From a virus (Duplodnaviria; Caudoviricetes): DNA of 25,501 nt. Positions within the stretch are counted from its first letter, which is position 1. Each line of letters begins with the position of its first letter. Under the pieces are notes generated by a model. That model worked only from the letters and a program-made list of their open reading frames with translations. It did no database searches and had not been told where the DNA came from. The translations under genes and the position numbers were made by a program. This document shows positions 8,688 to 17,290 of the stretch, piece after piece. The stretch spans positions 1 through 25,501 of the IMG/VR virus record IMGVR_UViG_3300032295_002849; one strand, given 5' to 3'.

Positions 8688-9797
8688 TTAATTTTTTTTC
8701 GTTATGTTGAAAAATCCATACCCATAATTTATCATATCCCCAAGATTATCTACCTCCCCAAGTCGTTGAATTCTTTCATATGCAGAATTTTTACCCCTTT
8801 CAATAAAGATACTTGATTGTATTTGTGGTTGGTCAACCGACTTTAATAGTACCTGTTCTTTTGTTATTGGAACTTGAGTTAAATTATTTTCGGTAAATCC
8901 TGACGACTCTTCGAAGAAGATTGTCGTTCCGTCATTGAAGTCATAATAATTTACATTGTTTACGGTATATGCCGTAAAATCATTAGTAATCCCACATATA
9001 CTTCCCCACGCTACACCATTTTTAAATACAGGGTAATTTAATCTATATTTAACGGAACCGTATAATTCTAATTCAGTTATATTTGATTTAGTATATCCTG
9101 AAATTGTAAATGGAGTTACCACATAATTGATAGATGTTTGAGCTTGAACCTCATTAACGGCATCCCCGGAAAATATGTAATCATAACTTATTGGAGTATT
9201 AACCCAATTACCCCCCGATGGTATAAAGAACGCCTCACCATTAGGATTATTAGGTATAATGTTACTATAAGGTGTTGTTATAGTTTTACTAACTTTTACG
9301 ACACCCCACGGATTTGCCTGTTCTAGTGTGATTGTATATGTTTTATTTGCAATGGGATAGGTATGACTTATCGAATTTGGAGTATAATTTGTGATAGGGT
9401 CTTTCGAAGAACCATCCCCCCAATCAATCGTATATGTCGACAAATCTAAAAATTTTTGAAACTCACTAGAGGTGTTAAAAACTTGATATCTATAGGGATT
9501 ATTTGTGGTTGATGAAAATATAAAATTAGTAACAACATCTTTTTGTAATACGGCTCCGTCGAATGGTGTATAATACCCCGCGTCAACTGCAGTTTGTCTT
9601 AATAATATAGGTACTGTCAATCCTCGTAACAATGAAGAACCATTTGGTCCCGCGCTAAGAACTTGGGACATTCCTGAGTAGACCCCAACAGTTTCTCCAT
9701 CGTAATCATTAGGAACATTTTCTCCTTTGAGATTAACAAGAAAAACATCCCCAAGTATTGTTTGAGGTGAAACTATTATTTTATAAAAATCTTCCAT
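8688..9797 (-). CDS. PKD/Ig-like domain-containing putative structural protein (369 aa)
   Basis: YTIDWGDGS...SISHTYPIANKTYTITL matches the PKD signature (W.FGDG...HTY...G.Y.V.L). TAATG overlap with the upstream gene. Confidence 0.7.
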   Translation of the reverse strand: MEDFYKIIVSPQTILGDVFLVNLKGENVPNDYDGETVGVYSGMSQVLSAGPNGSSLLRGLTVPILLRQTAVDAGYYTPFDGAVLQKDVVTNFIFSSTTNNPYRYQVFNTSSEFQKFLDLSTYTIDWGDGSSKDPITNYTPNSISHTYPIANKTYTITLEQANPWGVVKVSKTITTPYSNIIPNNPNGEAFFIPSGGNWVNTPISYDYIFSGDAVNEVQAQTSINYVVTPFTISGYTKSNITELELYGSVKYRLNYPVFKNGVAWGSICGITNDFTAYTVNNVNYYDFNDGTTIFFEESSGFTENNLTQVPITKEQVLLKSVDQPQIQSSIFIERGKNSAYERIQRLGEVDNLGDMINYGYGFFNITKKN

Positions 9798-10654
9798 TAC
9801 GCTGAATTAACATACTCATACCATTTTATAGGGATTGTTGTGCCGGCCCTATTGTTTAAATTCCCATAAATTGTTTGATTTGGGTTTATATTAAATACCT
9901 GATATGTCTGTTTATCATAATCCAATTCTACCTCATAATAGAAATATTTAGTATAATCAAAAACATATTTATCTCCGGTAATTTTGGATTGTGGCATATT
10001 CATCATTCTTACAAAAACACCAGTTTTAGCATTATAAAACTTCGCAGTCATATAAAATGTTGAAAGGTTTAAAAAGTTTCTTTTCTTTAACCAATATAAA
10101 AAGAACCCTTCTTTATCTCCGACATAATCTAACAAAAAAGTTGGTCGTTTAATTGAGACATTTGGTGTTCTTTGCATAGTTGTAGTCATAGTTAGACCTT
10201 GTTGTGTTGGCAATATCACTGTGAAATAATTTGTTTGCCTTTTATTATCAACACTGTCATAAAAATCTAATTTAAAGAAAGAATTTGTAAAATTATTAGT
10301 ATAATAATATATCTCTTGAGGTGAGAATCCTTCCGCAATATAATTATTCGCCCAATTTGCTTCGTTATTTAGGTCAGTAGCGTTAGTCTGTCCCGAATAA
10401 AAATAAAATTCATAGTTAATGTCAGTTAATTCAAAATTAGTATTTGATTGAGGATTTCTAACCGATATTGGGTCGTGAGCAAACCTACTAACTTCAAAAT
10501 CACCGAAATTTCCGGTAACCTCCTTAACAATTTCTGCCTCATATTCATTAATACTTTGGTCCATACCAAGATAATCCCAAGTTAATTCTATAGGTATTAC
10601 CACTTGTTTGTCAACAAATCCATCTTTCCTTATTTGTATTTTATTCACATCCAT
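9797..10654 (-). CDS. Hypothetical protein in the baseplate/tail module (285 aa)
   Basis: Open frame overlapping both neighbours; Tyr/Phe/Asn rich. An alternative GTG start exists at 10648. Confidence 0.7.
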   Translation of the reverse strand: MDVNKIQIRKDGFVDKQVVIPIELTWDYLGMDQSINEYEAEIVKEVTGNFGDFEVSRFAHDPISVRNPQSNTNFELTDINYEFYFYSGQTNATDLNNEANWANNYIAEGFSPQEIYYYTNNFTNSFFKLDFYDSVDNKRQTNYFTVILPTQQGLTMTTTMQRTPNVSIKRPTFLLDYVGDKEGFFLYWLKKRNFLNLSTFYMTAKFYNAKTGVFVRMMNMPQSKITGDKYVFDYTKYFYYEVELDYDKQTYQVFNINPNQTIYGNLNNRAGTTIPIKWYEYVNSA

Positions 10655-12353
10655 CTGTTAAAGGTTTTACTGGAATACTAACTCCTGTTAATTTATTATT
10701 ATAATTTATTCCTTCAGGTATCAATCTAAATTGAATCTCTTTGAAAGGGTATTGCGAAAAATTTAAGAACGGGTAATCAACTCCTCTCCCCAAATTATCG
10801 ATAAACCCATACCCATATAAATCTCTCCATCTGAATTGTTGGTCTGAATTAGAGAAATAAGCATAAGATGGTACACCGTCAACAGTTTGAATGTCGCCGG
10901 TTTCAATATAATCCGAAAATACTCGTATATTCATTGAGCTATGAGGCTTGTAATAAAACCCGGGAATATTATCTGTTGGGGGTGATATTGTTGAGAAAAC
11001 ACTTTGATTATACTTGATTTTATGGTAGTATGGTGAAATTACTCTTTCTAATTGTTCATAATCATTCCATTCACAAAAATCCCCATCAATCACATCATCA
11101 ACTTTTAAATTTTGATTATAGTAAAAAGTATTAGTAATACCTCCGTTTGTTAACGTATAACTTGAAGTTTCGATATTTGTGTTTGACTCGGTTTCACTAT
11201 TTGCCCACCAAGAATTTGTTAAACTAGTTAAGTTAAATTCCCAACCTTGTTTTAATGCGACTTTACTATTTAAAGATGGTCGATTAAAATATCCAGAGTA
11301 TCCTTTATGGATGATAGTTAAAAATAATTCACTAACCGGCCGTTTTTGATTATCCAAGATATTAACCAAATCAATATCTTTTTTAACGGTAACATTAAAC
11401 GAATTACTACTTGTTTTTTGTGAAATTCTTGAAACATTATTAGGAGTAATTGAACTATATTCAAATTTTTTCTCCTCAATAAAAACATTTTTTTCAAAAG
11501 CGTTTTTTGTCATAACACAATCATCAAGATTGGTTAAAACCTTATTCTCCCTAATATAATATTTTGATTTAGTTTCTGACACATTGTCAGAGTTAATCAC
11601 TCTTTTAAATGTTCCGGTAGTATCCTTCGCGAAAGTATTACCTGTGTATCCAACATCATAGATATTAAAAATGTATTCATCACTACCCACTAAACCATTA
11701 CCTAAAGAGTCCACTTGGAATAGATTTATTCCATTATATTTGAATGACAGTTCAACATATTCTCCCACCGATAGTCCATGGGGTGAAAGACACTGAAATA
11801 CAATAATATTACTACCATTTTGAGTAGAATTTTTAATATAGAATGGGATACCTTCGGATGCAGTCCAAGTTAATGTAGTATTATTTAGTTCGTATGATAA
11901 TTTTTTATTGTAATTATTATTAAACGGATAACTTACATAATACATCCAATTATATGTGTACGCACTTTTTGATTGATATATAAAATGTTGGTCATTAGCA
12001 TTTGGCCTATAAAAATCAAATTCATAGTATTGTGGAAACCCTAACCATTTTCCATTCGGGCCTTGGGATTTTGACACAATTGGGTCAACATAATATAAAT
12101 TATTTTGAAACGGAGGATAATTTGTAGTTCCTGTGTATGTGTTTGAATAAAGATAATTTATTTTAAATGTTGGTCTAAAGATAGTACATCGTTGTCTTTC
12201 ATCCCCATATAATTGAGCTAAACTAATACTTTGACTTCTATCGTATTCAACAAGTTCTTGACTCTGTTGTTCTAACGATAATGAAATTTCTTGGTCAACA
12301 AAAGGTGCTGACTTATACTGTAAACTACTTGGTATTATTGTATATCTATTCAC
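10641..12353 (-). CDS. Hypothetical protein in the baseplate/tail module (570 aa)
   Basis: GTG start overlaps the upstream stop (GTGAATAG); TAA stop. No recognised motif. Confidence 0.7.
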   Translation of the reverse strand: MNRYTIIPSSLQYKSAPFVDQEISLSLEQQSQELVEYDRSQSISLAQLYGDERQRCTIFRPTFKINYLYSNTYTGTTNYPPFQNNLYYVDPIVSKSQGPNGKWLGFPQYYEFDFYRPNANDQHFIYQSKSAYTYNWMYYVSYPFNNNYNKKLSYELNNTTLTWTASEGIPFYIKNSTQNGSNIIVFQCLSPHGLSVGEYVELSFKYNGINLFQVDSLGNGLVGSDEYIFNIYDVGYTGNTFAKDTTGTFKRVINSDNVSETKSKYYIRENKVLTNLDDCVMTKNAFEKNVFIEEKKFEYSSITPNNVSRISQKTSSNSFNVTVKKDIDLVNILDNQKRPVSELFLTIIHKGYSGYFNRPSLNSKVALKQGWEFNLTSLTNSWWANSETESNTNIETSSYTLTNGGITNTFYYNQNLKVDDVIDGDFCEWNDYEQLERVISPYYHKIKYNQSVFSTISPPTDNIPGFYYKPHSSMNIRVFSDYIETGDIQTVDGVPSYAYFSNSDQQFRWRDLYGYGFIDNLGRGVDYPFLNFSQYPFKEIQFRLIPEGINYNNKLTGVSIPVKPLTDGCE

Positions 12354-15300
12354 TTACTGAGTATTTTCTTTTAAATAATTCTAATGCTGTCGCTCCTTTA
12401 ATCGTACCAAAATAAAAATGAAATGGCGCTCCTACAATAAATTTAGGTTCTGATGTCAGGATTTTCGAAGAATATTGTCCATTAACATCAACACTAAATA
12501 TATAACCTCGTTTATAGTCATTGTTAACATTAGTGCTAGTAACAAAATAAGTCGGATTAACACTAGATACTCTATCTAAAGACTGATATCTTTTATTTTG
12601 AACAATATCGCTTATTTTTGTTGCCCAATTATTATATTGGCTACCAAAAATTGTTTTATTGGTATTATCCTTTAGTTCCCATTGATAATGCGGAACAATT
12701 TGAGATTTAATACTATATGGATATGGGAAATTTTGTTGATTATTAATTGACCTAAAATTTATTCTTCCGGGGGTAAGATAGTCTTTTATTTGTAAATTTT
12801 GAGTTGTTGATGAAAACCATACTGCCATTGTGGGATTACCAGGAGTACCCAATATTGTTGTTGGATTTGTTGTTGAATTTGGCGTTGTACTATAATATTG
12901 TGGAGAAAAATTAACATTACCAATTTCACTATTTATTGAACACAATTGAGCAAAGTCTGCATCAACTCTAGACTTTGCAAGATTTTTAAAGATTCCTGTC
13001 TTAAGGAACCCCGAACCTTCACCTCTACTAAATAGTAACCCGATTGAATCATTTAAAAATGAAAGGATTCCGCCCAAGAAACTTGAGTCAACCATTCTTG
13101 ATACCACAAATAAATTAACTAAATCTGAAGTATCTCCATAACTTGTTGGGTTTAATTCAGGGATTACATAAGCATTAGTTTCGGGTTCAAAAGTAACTTC
13201 AGAATAAAAACTATCTTTATAACCCAAATTTATAATTGTTGTTGGAAACATTAAATTTCTTTCATTAACTGGGTTATCACCACCTGGAGGTCTCCCAATA
13301 AACTTAATGTCGTTATTTGGTATATTACGATATGGACTACACCTATAATAAAAATTAAATGTTTTATCATCGTAATATACCAAATCATAAGGAATTACCG
13401 GATAACTTGGGACATTCCTATCGTTAAATGTTGTATCATTTTGAATTGGGAACATATATAACGAACCATTAATCCAATTATTTGTAAAAGTTTGGGATAA
13501 AACTCCTCTGCAAAGCGCGAACATAAATCTATACCTTGACCCCCATTCCGCCCAAATTTTCCAATCATCAACGAACCCAAATAAGTTTTGAGGACTTCTA
13601 AGTAAAATATAGCAACCATTTTCAACATAATTATATCCTGTACCTTGGGGGTCATTACATGGCCTTATAGTTTTAAATCCATCTCCAAATCCAGTATAAC
13701 AGGATAATGGTACCATACCCGGACAATTAAAACTTTGTAAAACATTAGTACTGGCAGGTAAACCGCTAAGACTAGGTGTAGGTATTTGAGCGCCTGTACC
13801 ATATCCAACCGAATTATATGTTGTACCTGGTCCAGGCACGAAATATATTCCGAAATTTATATTTTGTTGTAAAATACTAGGATTATAATCCCATTTAAAA
13901 CCATCAAGTTTATCTGACGTGGGTAACCTGTCTGTCCTTAAAACATTTTTAAATCTGTCACTCATTGTTGTTTTTTGTGAAACAGGAATTGATTTTGTAT
14001 AATATCTTCTATCTCCATTAAAGAATGGAGGTTGTCCGCCATTTCTCAACCACATATATCCCATACCTGAAACATCCTCAGCTGAATCATATTTTGATGA
14101 GTTTGGAGTTGAACTATAAAAGAAATTATTGGTTAAAGTTACCACACGTTTATTTGAACCTGAACCGACTGATGATGTTGTTGTTGCAGCGTCTCTATTA
14201 GTGGCGTCTTGAAACCCATAATAAGTTGTTGCACTTGTGGTATAGGCGATAAATTGAAGTCCGGGTAGTGTTGTTGATGGTATTCCCGGTGTAAAAAACT
14301 GTGAAGAGTAAAAAATATTATCTTGGGATGGATAACTTTGTACTGAAATAGAGCTTGAAGATGATATTGGCTGTATCGGTATATTAAATCTTGTGCTAGC
14401 GGTAAAAACAAGTGTTCCAAATGGTTGTCCAAAAATTAAACTTACATCATATTCATTATTTAATTTTGGTGAATATGGGTCAACACCTCTTTGTAGTATT
14501 AGTATTACTTGGTCTTCATAACTATCATAATATTCAATAGGGTTTATCGTAATCGCACTATATGGCCCCCAAACAGGAGCACCAAAAACATTAACACCTG
14601 TTTGTTTAACAACATTAATTGTTGATGGTTCATTTATAATATTAGGAAATGAGTGAGTAGTACCAGTAGTCCAAATAGTTTTTGCCTGTGATATTGTTAT
14701 CGCGGTTAATACTTGATAGTATTCAATATCCGCAGGATATATATTACGAGTTATTCCTGAGTAATTTGGAATGGTTGATATTGGAGGTAATAAGTATGTC
14801 TCCGAAGAAGTCGTGTTTTGAGTATTAGCATAATTAACCACAATACTTGCCGGGTATTTAGATTCCCCACTAATACTAAACACTTCTCCCCCACTTGCTG
14901 TTGTTGCACTATATAAATAATTTTTATCTTGAGTTTTAGACTGAGAAACAAATGTAAGTAAATCTCCGGCATTATAAGTTTGATTTGTATTCGCAAGTAC
15001 GGTTATCGTATTATCATAATGGAATTTACCTATATTATTATCTTTCGCAAAAGTAACTTTTATTTTATTATAATTACTAAAAAAACTTTGTCTTTGATTA
15101 AAAATGTTTACCCGTTCACCTAACGGTAAATTTAATGAAAAAGTTGTAAGCCACTCTACATCAACACGTTTGTAATCGAACGCTATTGGTAATTTATATT
15201 TTGTATCATCGTTTCTATTTCTTTCAAATCCTGAGGTCGCTTGTGATAATATTAATGTATAATTATCTATACTTTCACTGTTATAGTTAGGGTTATTTGT

Positions 15301-17199
15301 AGTTACAACATTTTCCCAAGCACCTAAAAAATAAGGAGGATATGATAGATAACTTAAAAATCCAGACGCATTCGTCACATTTGGGTTTTCACTATCATCA
15401 GGAGGGCCAGGTGTTGCAGTAGAACTACATTCGCAACTTTGACATGCCGGATATGTTAACATACCTAAACTTATATCAGTATTAATATTATTACAAGGAA
15501 TACCAAATTCAGTACATAACCATCTGAATGGATAAATACTAACAAACCCAACAGAAATACCTATTCCACATATGGCGCAAAGTACTCTAGTGATTAACCA
15601 AAATAAAAATAATACAATACGTATTATTAATATTATTGGCACCATAATTAATTGTATTATTTGAAGTATAAAAGAAAATAAAAAAAACAAAAAGTCAAAA
15701 TTCCTAAACCCTTCATTAACAGGAAATTTATTTATTGTTGAACTACAATCATTACTATCAATTTCTTTAATACCTATAAATTGTCCTCTGTTTCCGTCTT
15801 TGTATTGGTCAATAAGTTGTGATATTGTATAAACTTTATTATACCCAAATTGATAAAACGTATCTTCACAATCAATTATTTCTTGAATTTTCTCGAATTT
15901 TTCGTTTGGGTCTGTAATTCCATCAGTATAACCACTCCAAGATAATCCAAAATAATATGAACTTGCTAATTTTTTTCGATTATTACCCATATCATACAAA
16001 GGGTCAAGATTTGGATTACTCCACCCATACTCTTTAATATTTGGTACAAGAAAATTAGGTCTTTTCACTTGTTCAGATAATCCTGTAGATTGCTCCCACT
16101 TTATTTTAAATCGATATTTACCTGTTGTTGGTATTCCAATAGTAGGGTCGTTAGATAATACTTTCTCACCAAATTCGTTTGTTATGTAATAGTCTAAATT
16201 CATTGGTAGTTCCGTCAACCAAACACCATTCTCATCAATAATATTACCCGATTGTTCTAACTGATATTGTTCTAAAACAGGATTACCGTCTTCATCTTGG
16301 TACACGGTTTGTCTTATTGCTAATATCCTACCAGGTCCTGCAATTAACCCACATAGGTTTCCTAAATCATCGTCAATCGATTCACGATACCTAACTCTCA
16401 TATCATCATTAATACTGAAAATTGACCCCATAAAAGTTGCGGTAGGTTGAATATCAACATTTGCGTCATCTCGTAAATCAAAATCAACTCTATTAATCGC
16501 AATGTCACACAATTCAGGGTCCCCCCAAAGTGGTGATACTTCAACATTTTTAACAATATTAATAATTTGAGGTAATGAATTTAAATCATTTGAACTTCTA
16601 AATCTATTTCCAGCGACTTGAGTTTCACTGGCAAGTCCCATTCGTATTAAATCTTGTGGAGACAATGAAAATTCACCAATATCTGAAAGGTCAACATCCA
16701 TAACTAAGGTATGATTCCCTTGAGGGACTCCCATAATCATATAATCCCCACTTTCATTAGTTTTAACAGTATACTTATAATATTTGTCGTATATTTGAAC
16801 CGCGGTATCTCCTGTTAATACATCTAACCTTGATGGTAAAGTTCCGGTTGCGGCATGAACTGAATATGATTTTTCATAAGGTAATAAATTATATCGGTAC
16901 CCATCTTCATTTTTGTCACTAGGTGATTTATAAGGGTAAATACTACTTATAATTGGATTTGATTCATCAACAGAATCTATTGGGATAAAAATAGAAACTC
17001 TTGCATTTGGAATTCCAAATCCATTATTTGCAGTTACTCTACCAACAACAACACCATATTGTGAACAACTTTTAGTGTATATATCTTCTTGTTGTAATGT
17101 TAGTGATAAAATCTCTAAAAATTCGAATTGTTGTTCAAGCTCTACATTAATTGATTTATTAACTCCTAACTCGGTTCTTATTCTATATGATTGTCCCAT
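12346..17199 (-). CDS. Large putative baseplate/tail protein (1617 aa) with an N-terminal carboxypeptidase-regulatory-like beta-sandwich and an internal hydrophobic segment
   Basis: GVVVGRVTANNGFGIPNARVSIF...VKTNESGDYMIMGVPQGNHTLVMD resembles the CarboxypepD_reg-like fold pattern. There is a hydrophobic run near aa 500-558. ATG at 17199 is preferred over the track's TTG at 17202. Ends in TAG. Confidence 0.7.
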   Translation of the reverse strand: MGQSYRIRTELGVNKSINVELEQQFEFLEILSLTLQQEDIYTKSCSQYGVVVGRVTANNGFGIPNARVSIFIPIDSVDESNPIISSIYPYKSPSDKNEDGYRYNLLPYEKSYSVHAATGTLPSRLDVLTGDTAVQIYDKYYKYTVKTNESGDYMIMGVPQGNHTLVMDVDLSDIGEFSLSPQDLIRMGLASETQVAGNRFRSSNDLNSLPQIINIVKNVEVSPLWGDPELCDIAINRVDFDLRDDANVDIQPTATFMGSIFSINDDMRVRYRESIDDDLGNLCGLIAGPGRILAIRQTVYQDEDGNPVLEQYQLEQSGNIIDENGVWLTELPMNLDYYITNEFGEKVLSNDPTIGIPTTGKYRFKIKWEQSTGLSEQVKRPNFLVPNIKEYGWSNPNLDPLYDMGNNRKKLASSYYFGLSWSGYTDGITDPNEKFEKIQEIIDCEDTFYQFGYNKVYTISQLIDQYKDGNRGQFIGIKEIDSNDCSSTINKFPVNEGFRNFDFLFFLFSFILQIIQLIMVPIILIIRIVLFLFWLITRVLCAICGIGISVGFVSIYPFRWLCTEFGIPCNNINTDISLGMLTYPACQSCECSSTATPGPPDDSENPNVTNASGFLSYLSYPPYFLGAWENVVTTNNPNYNSESIDNYTLILSQATSGFERNRNDDTKYKLPIAFDYKRVDVEWLTTFSLNLPLGERVNIFNQRQSFFSNYNKIKVTFAKDNNIGKFHYDNTITVLANTNQTYNAGDLLTFVSQSKTQDKNYLYSATTASGGEVFSISGESKYPASIVVNYANTQNTTSSETYLLPPISTIPNYSGITRNIYPADIEYYQVLTAITISQAKTIWTTGTTHSFPNIINEPSTINVVKQTGVNVFGAPVWGPYSAITINPIEYYDSYEDQVILILQRGVDPYSPKLNNEYDVSLIFGQPFGTLVFTASTRFNIPIQPISSSSSISVQSYPSQDNIFYSSQFFTPGIPSTTLPGLQFIAYTTSATTYYGFQDATNRDAATTTSSVGSGSNKRVVTLTNNFFYSSTPNSSKYDSAEDVSGMGYMWLRNGGQPPFFNGDRRYYTKSIPVSQKTTMSDRFKNVLRTDRLPTSDKLDGFKWDYNPSILQQNINFGIYFVPGPGTTYNSVGYGTGAQIPTPSLSGLPASTNVLQSFNCPGMVPLSCYTGFGDGFKTIRPCNDPQGTGYNYVENGCYILLRSPQNLFGFVDDWKIWAEWGSRYRFMFALCRGVLSQTFTNNWINGSLYMFPIQNDTTFNDRNVPSYPVIPYDLVYYDDKTFNFYYRCSPYRNIPNNDIKFIGRPPGGDNPVNERNLMFPTTIINLGYKDSFYSEVTFEPETNAYVIPELNPTSYGDTSDLVNLFVVSRMVDSSFLGGILSFLNDSIGLLFSRGEGSGFLKTGIFKNLAKSRVDADFAQLCSINSEIGNVNFSPQYYSTTPNSTTNPTTILGTPGNPTMAVWFSSTTQNLQIKDYLTPGRINFRSINNQQNFPYPYSIKSQIVPHYQWELKDNTNKTIFGSQYNNWATKISDIVQNKRYQSLDRVSSVNPTYFVTSTNVNNDYKRGYIFSVDVNGQYSSKILTSEPKFIVGAPFHFYFGTIKGATALELFKRKYSVSE

Positions 17200-17213
17200 C
17201 AAAATTCTTTATT

Positions 17214-17221
17214 TATAAATA
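17214..17221 (-). promoter_or_regulatory. TATTTATA motif within the perfect palindrome TATTTATAAATA (17210-17221)
   Basis: The motif ends 14 nt before the ATG at 17199. Because the site is palindromic, it also reads TATAAATA on the coding strand. Confidence 0.6.
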
Positions 17222-17224
17222 GTT

Positions 17225-17251
17225 TATGTGATGTTTTTAAAAACTCACACA
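17225..17251 (-). other. Inverted repeat/hairpin TGTGA-T-GTTTTT|AAAAAC-TCACA
   Basis: Near-perfect dyad at 17227-17249 with one bulged base, extendable to 17225-17251. Lies 3 nt upstream of the TATTTATA motif on the coding strand; no U-tract. Confidence 0.5.
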
Positions 17252-17290
17252 CCATTAAATAATAAGTTAAATCAATATAAAATAAACTTC

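Noticed and set aside
15680-15687. T8 run on the coding strand as a programmed frameshift or phase-variation site
   Set aside because: It is explained by the Phe/Leu codons of the hydrophobic segment in an AT-rich genome, and the frame is intact.
17227-17249. CRP-binding site (TGTGA...TCACA)
   Set aside because: The spacer is 13 nt, not the 6 nt CRP requires.
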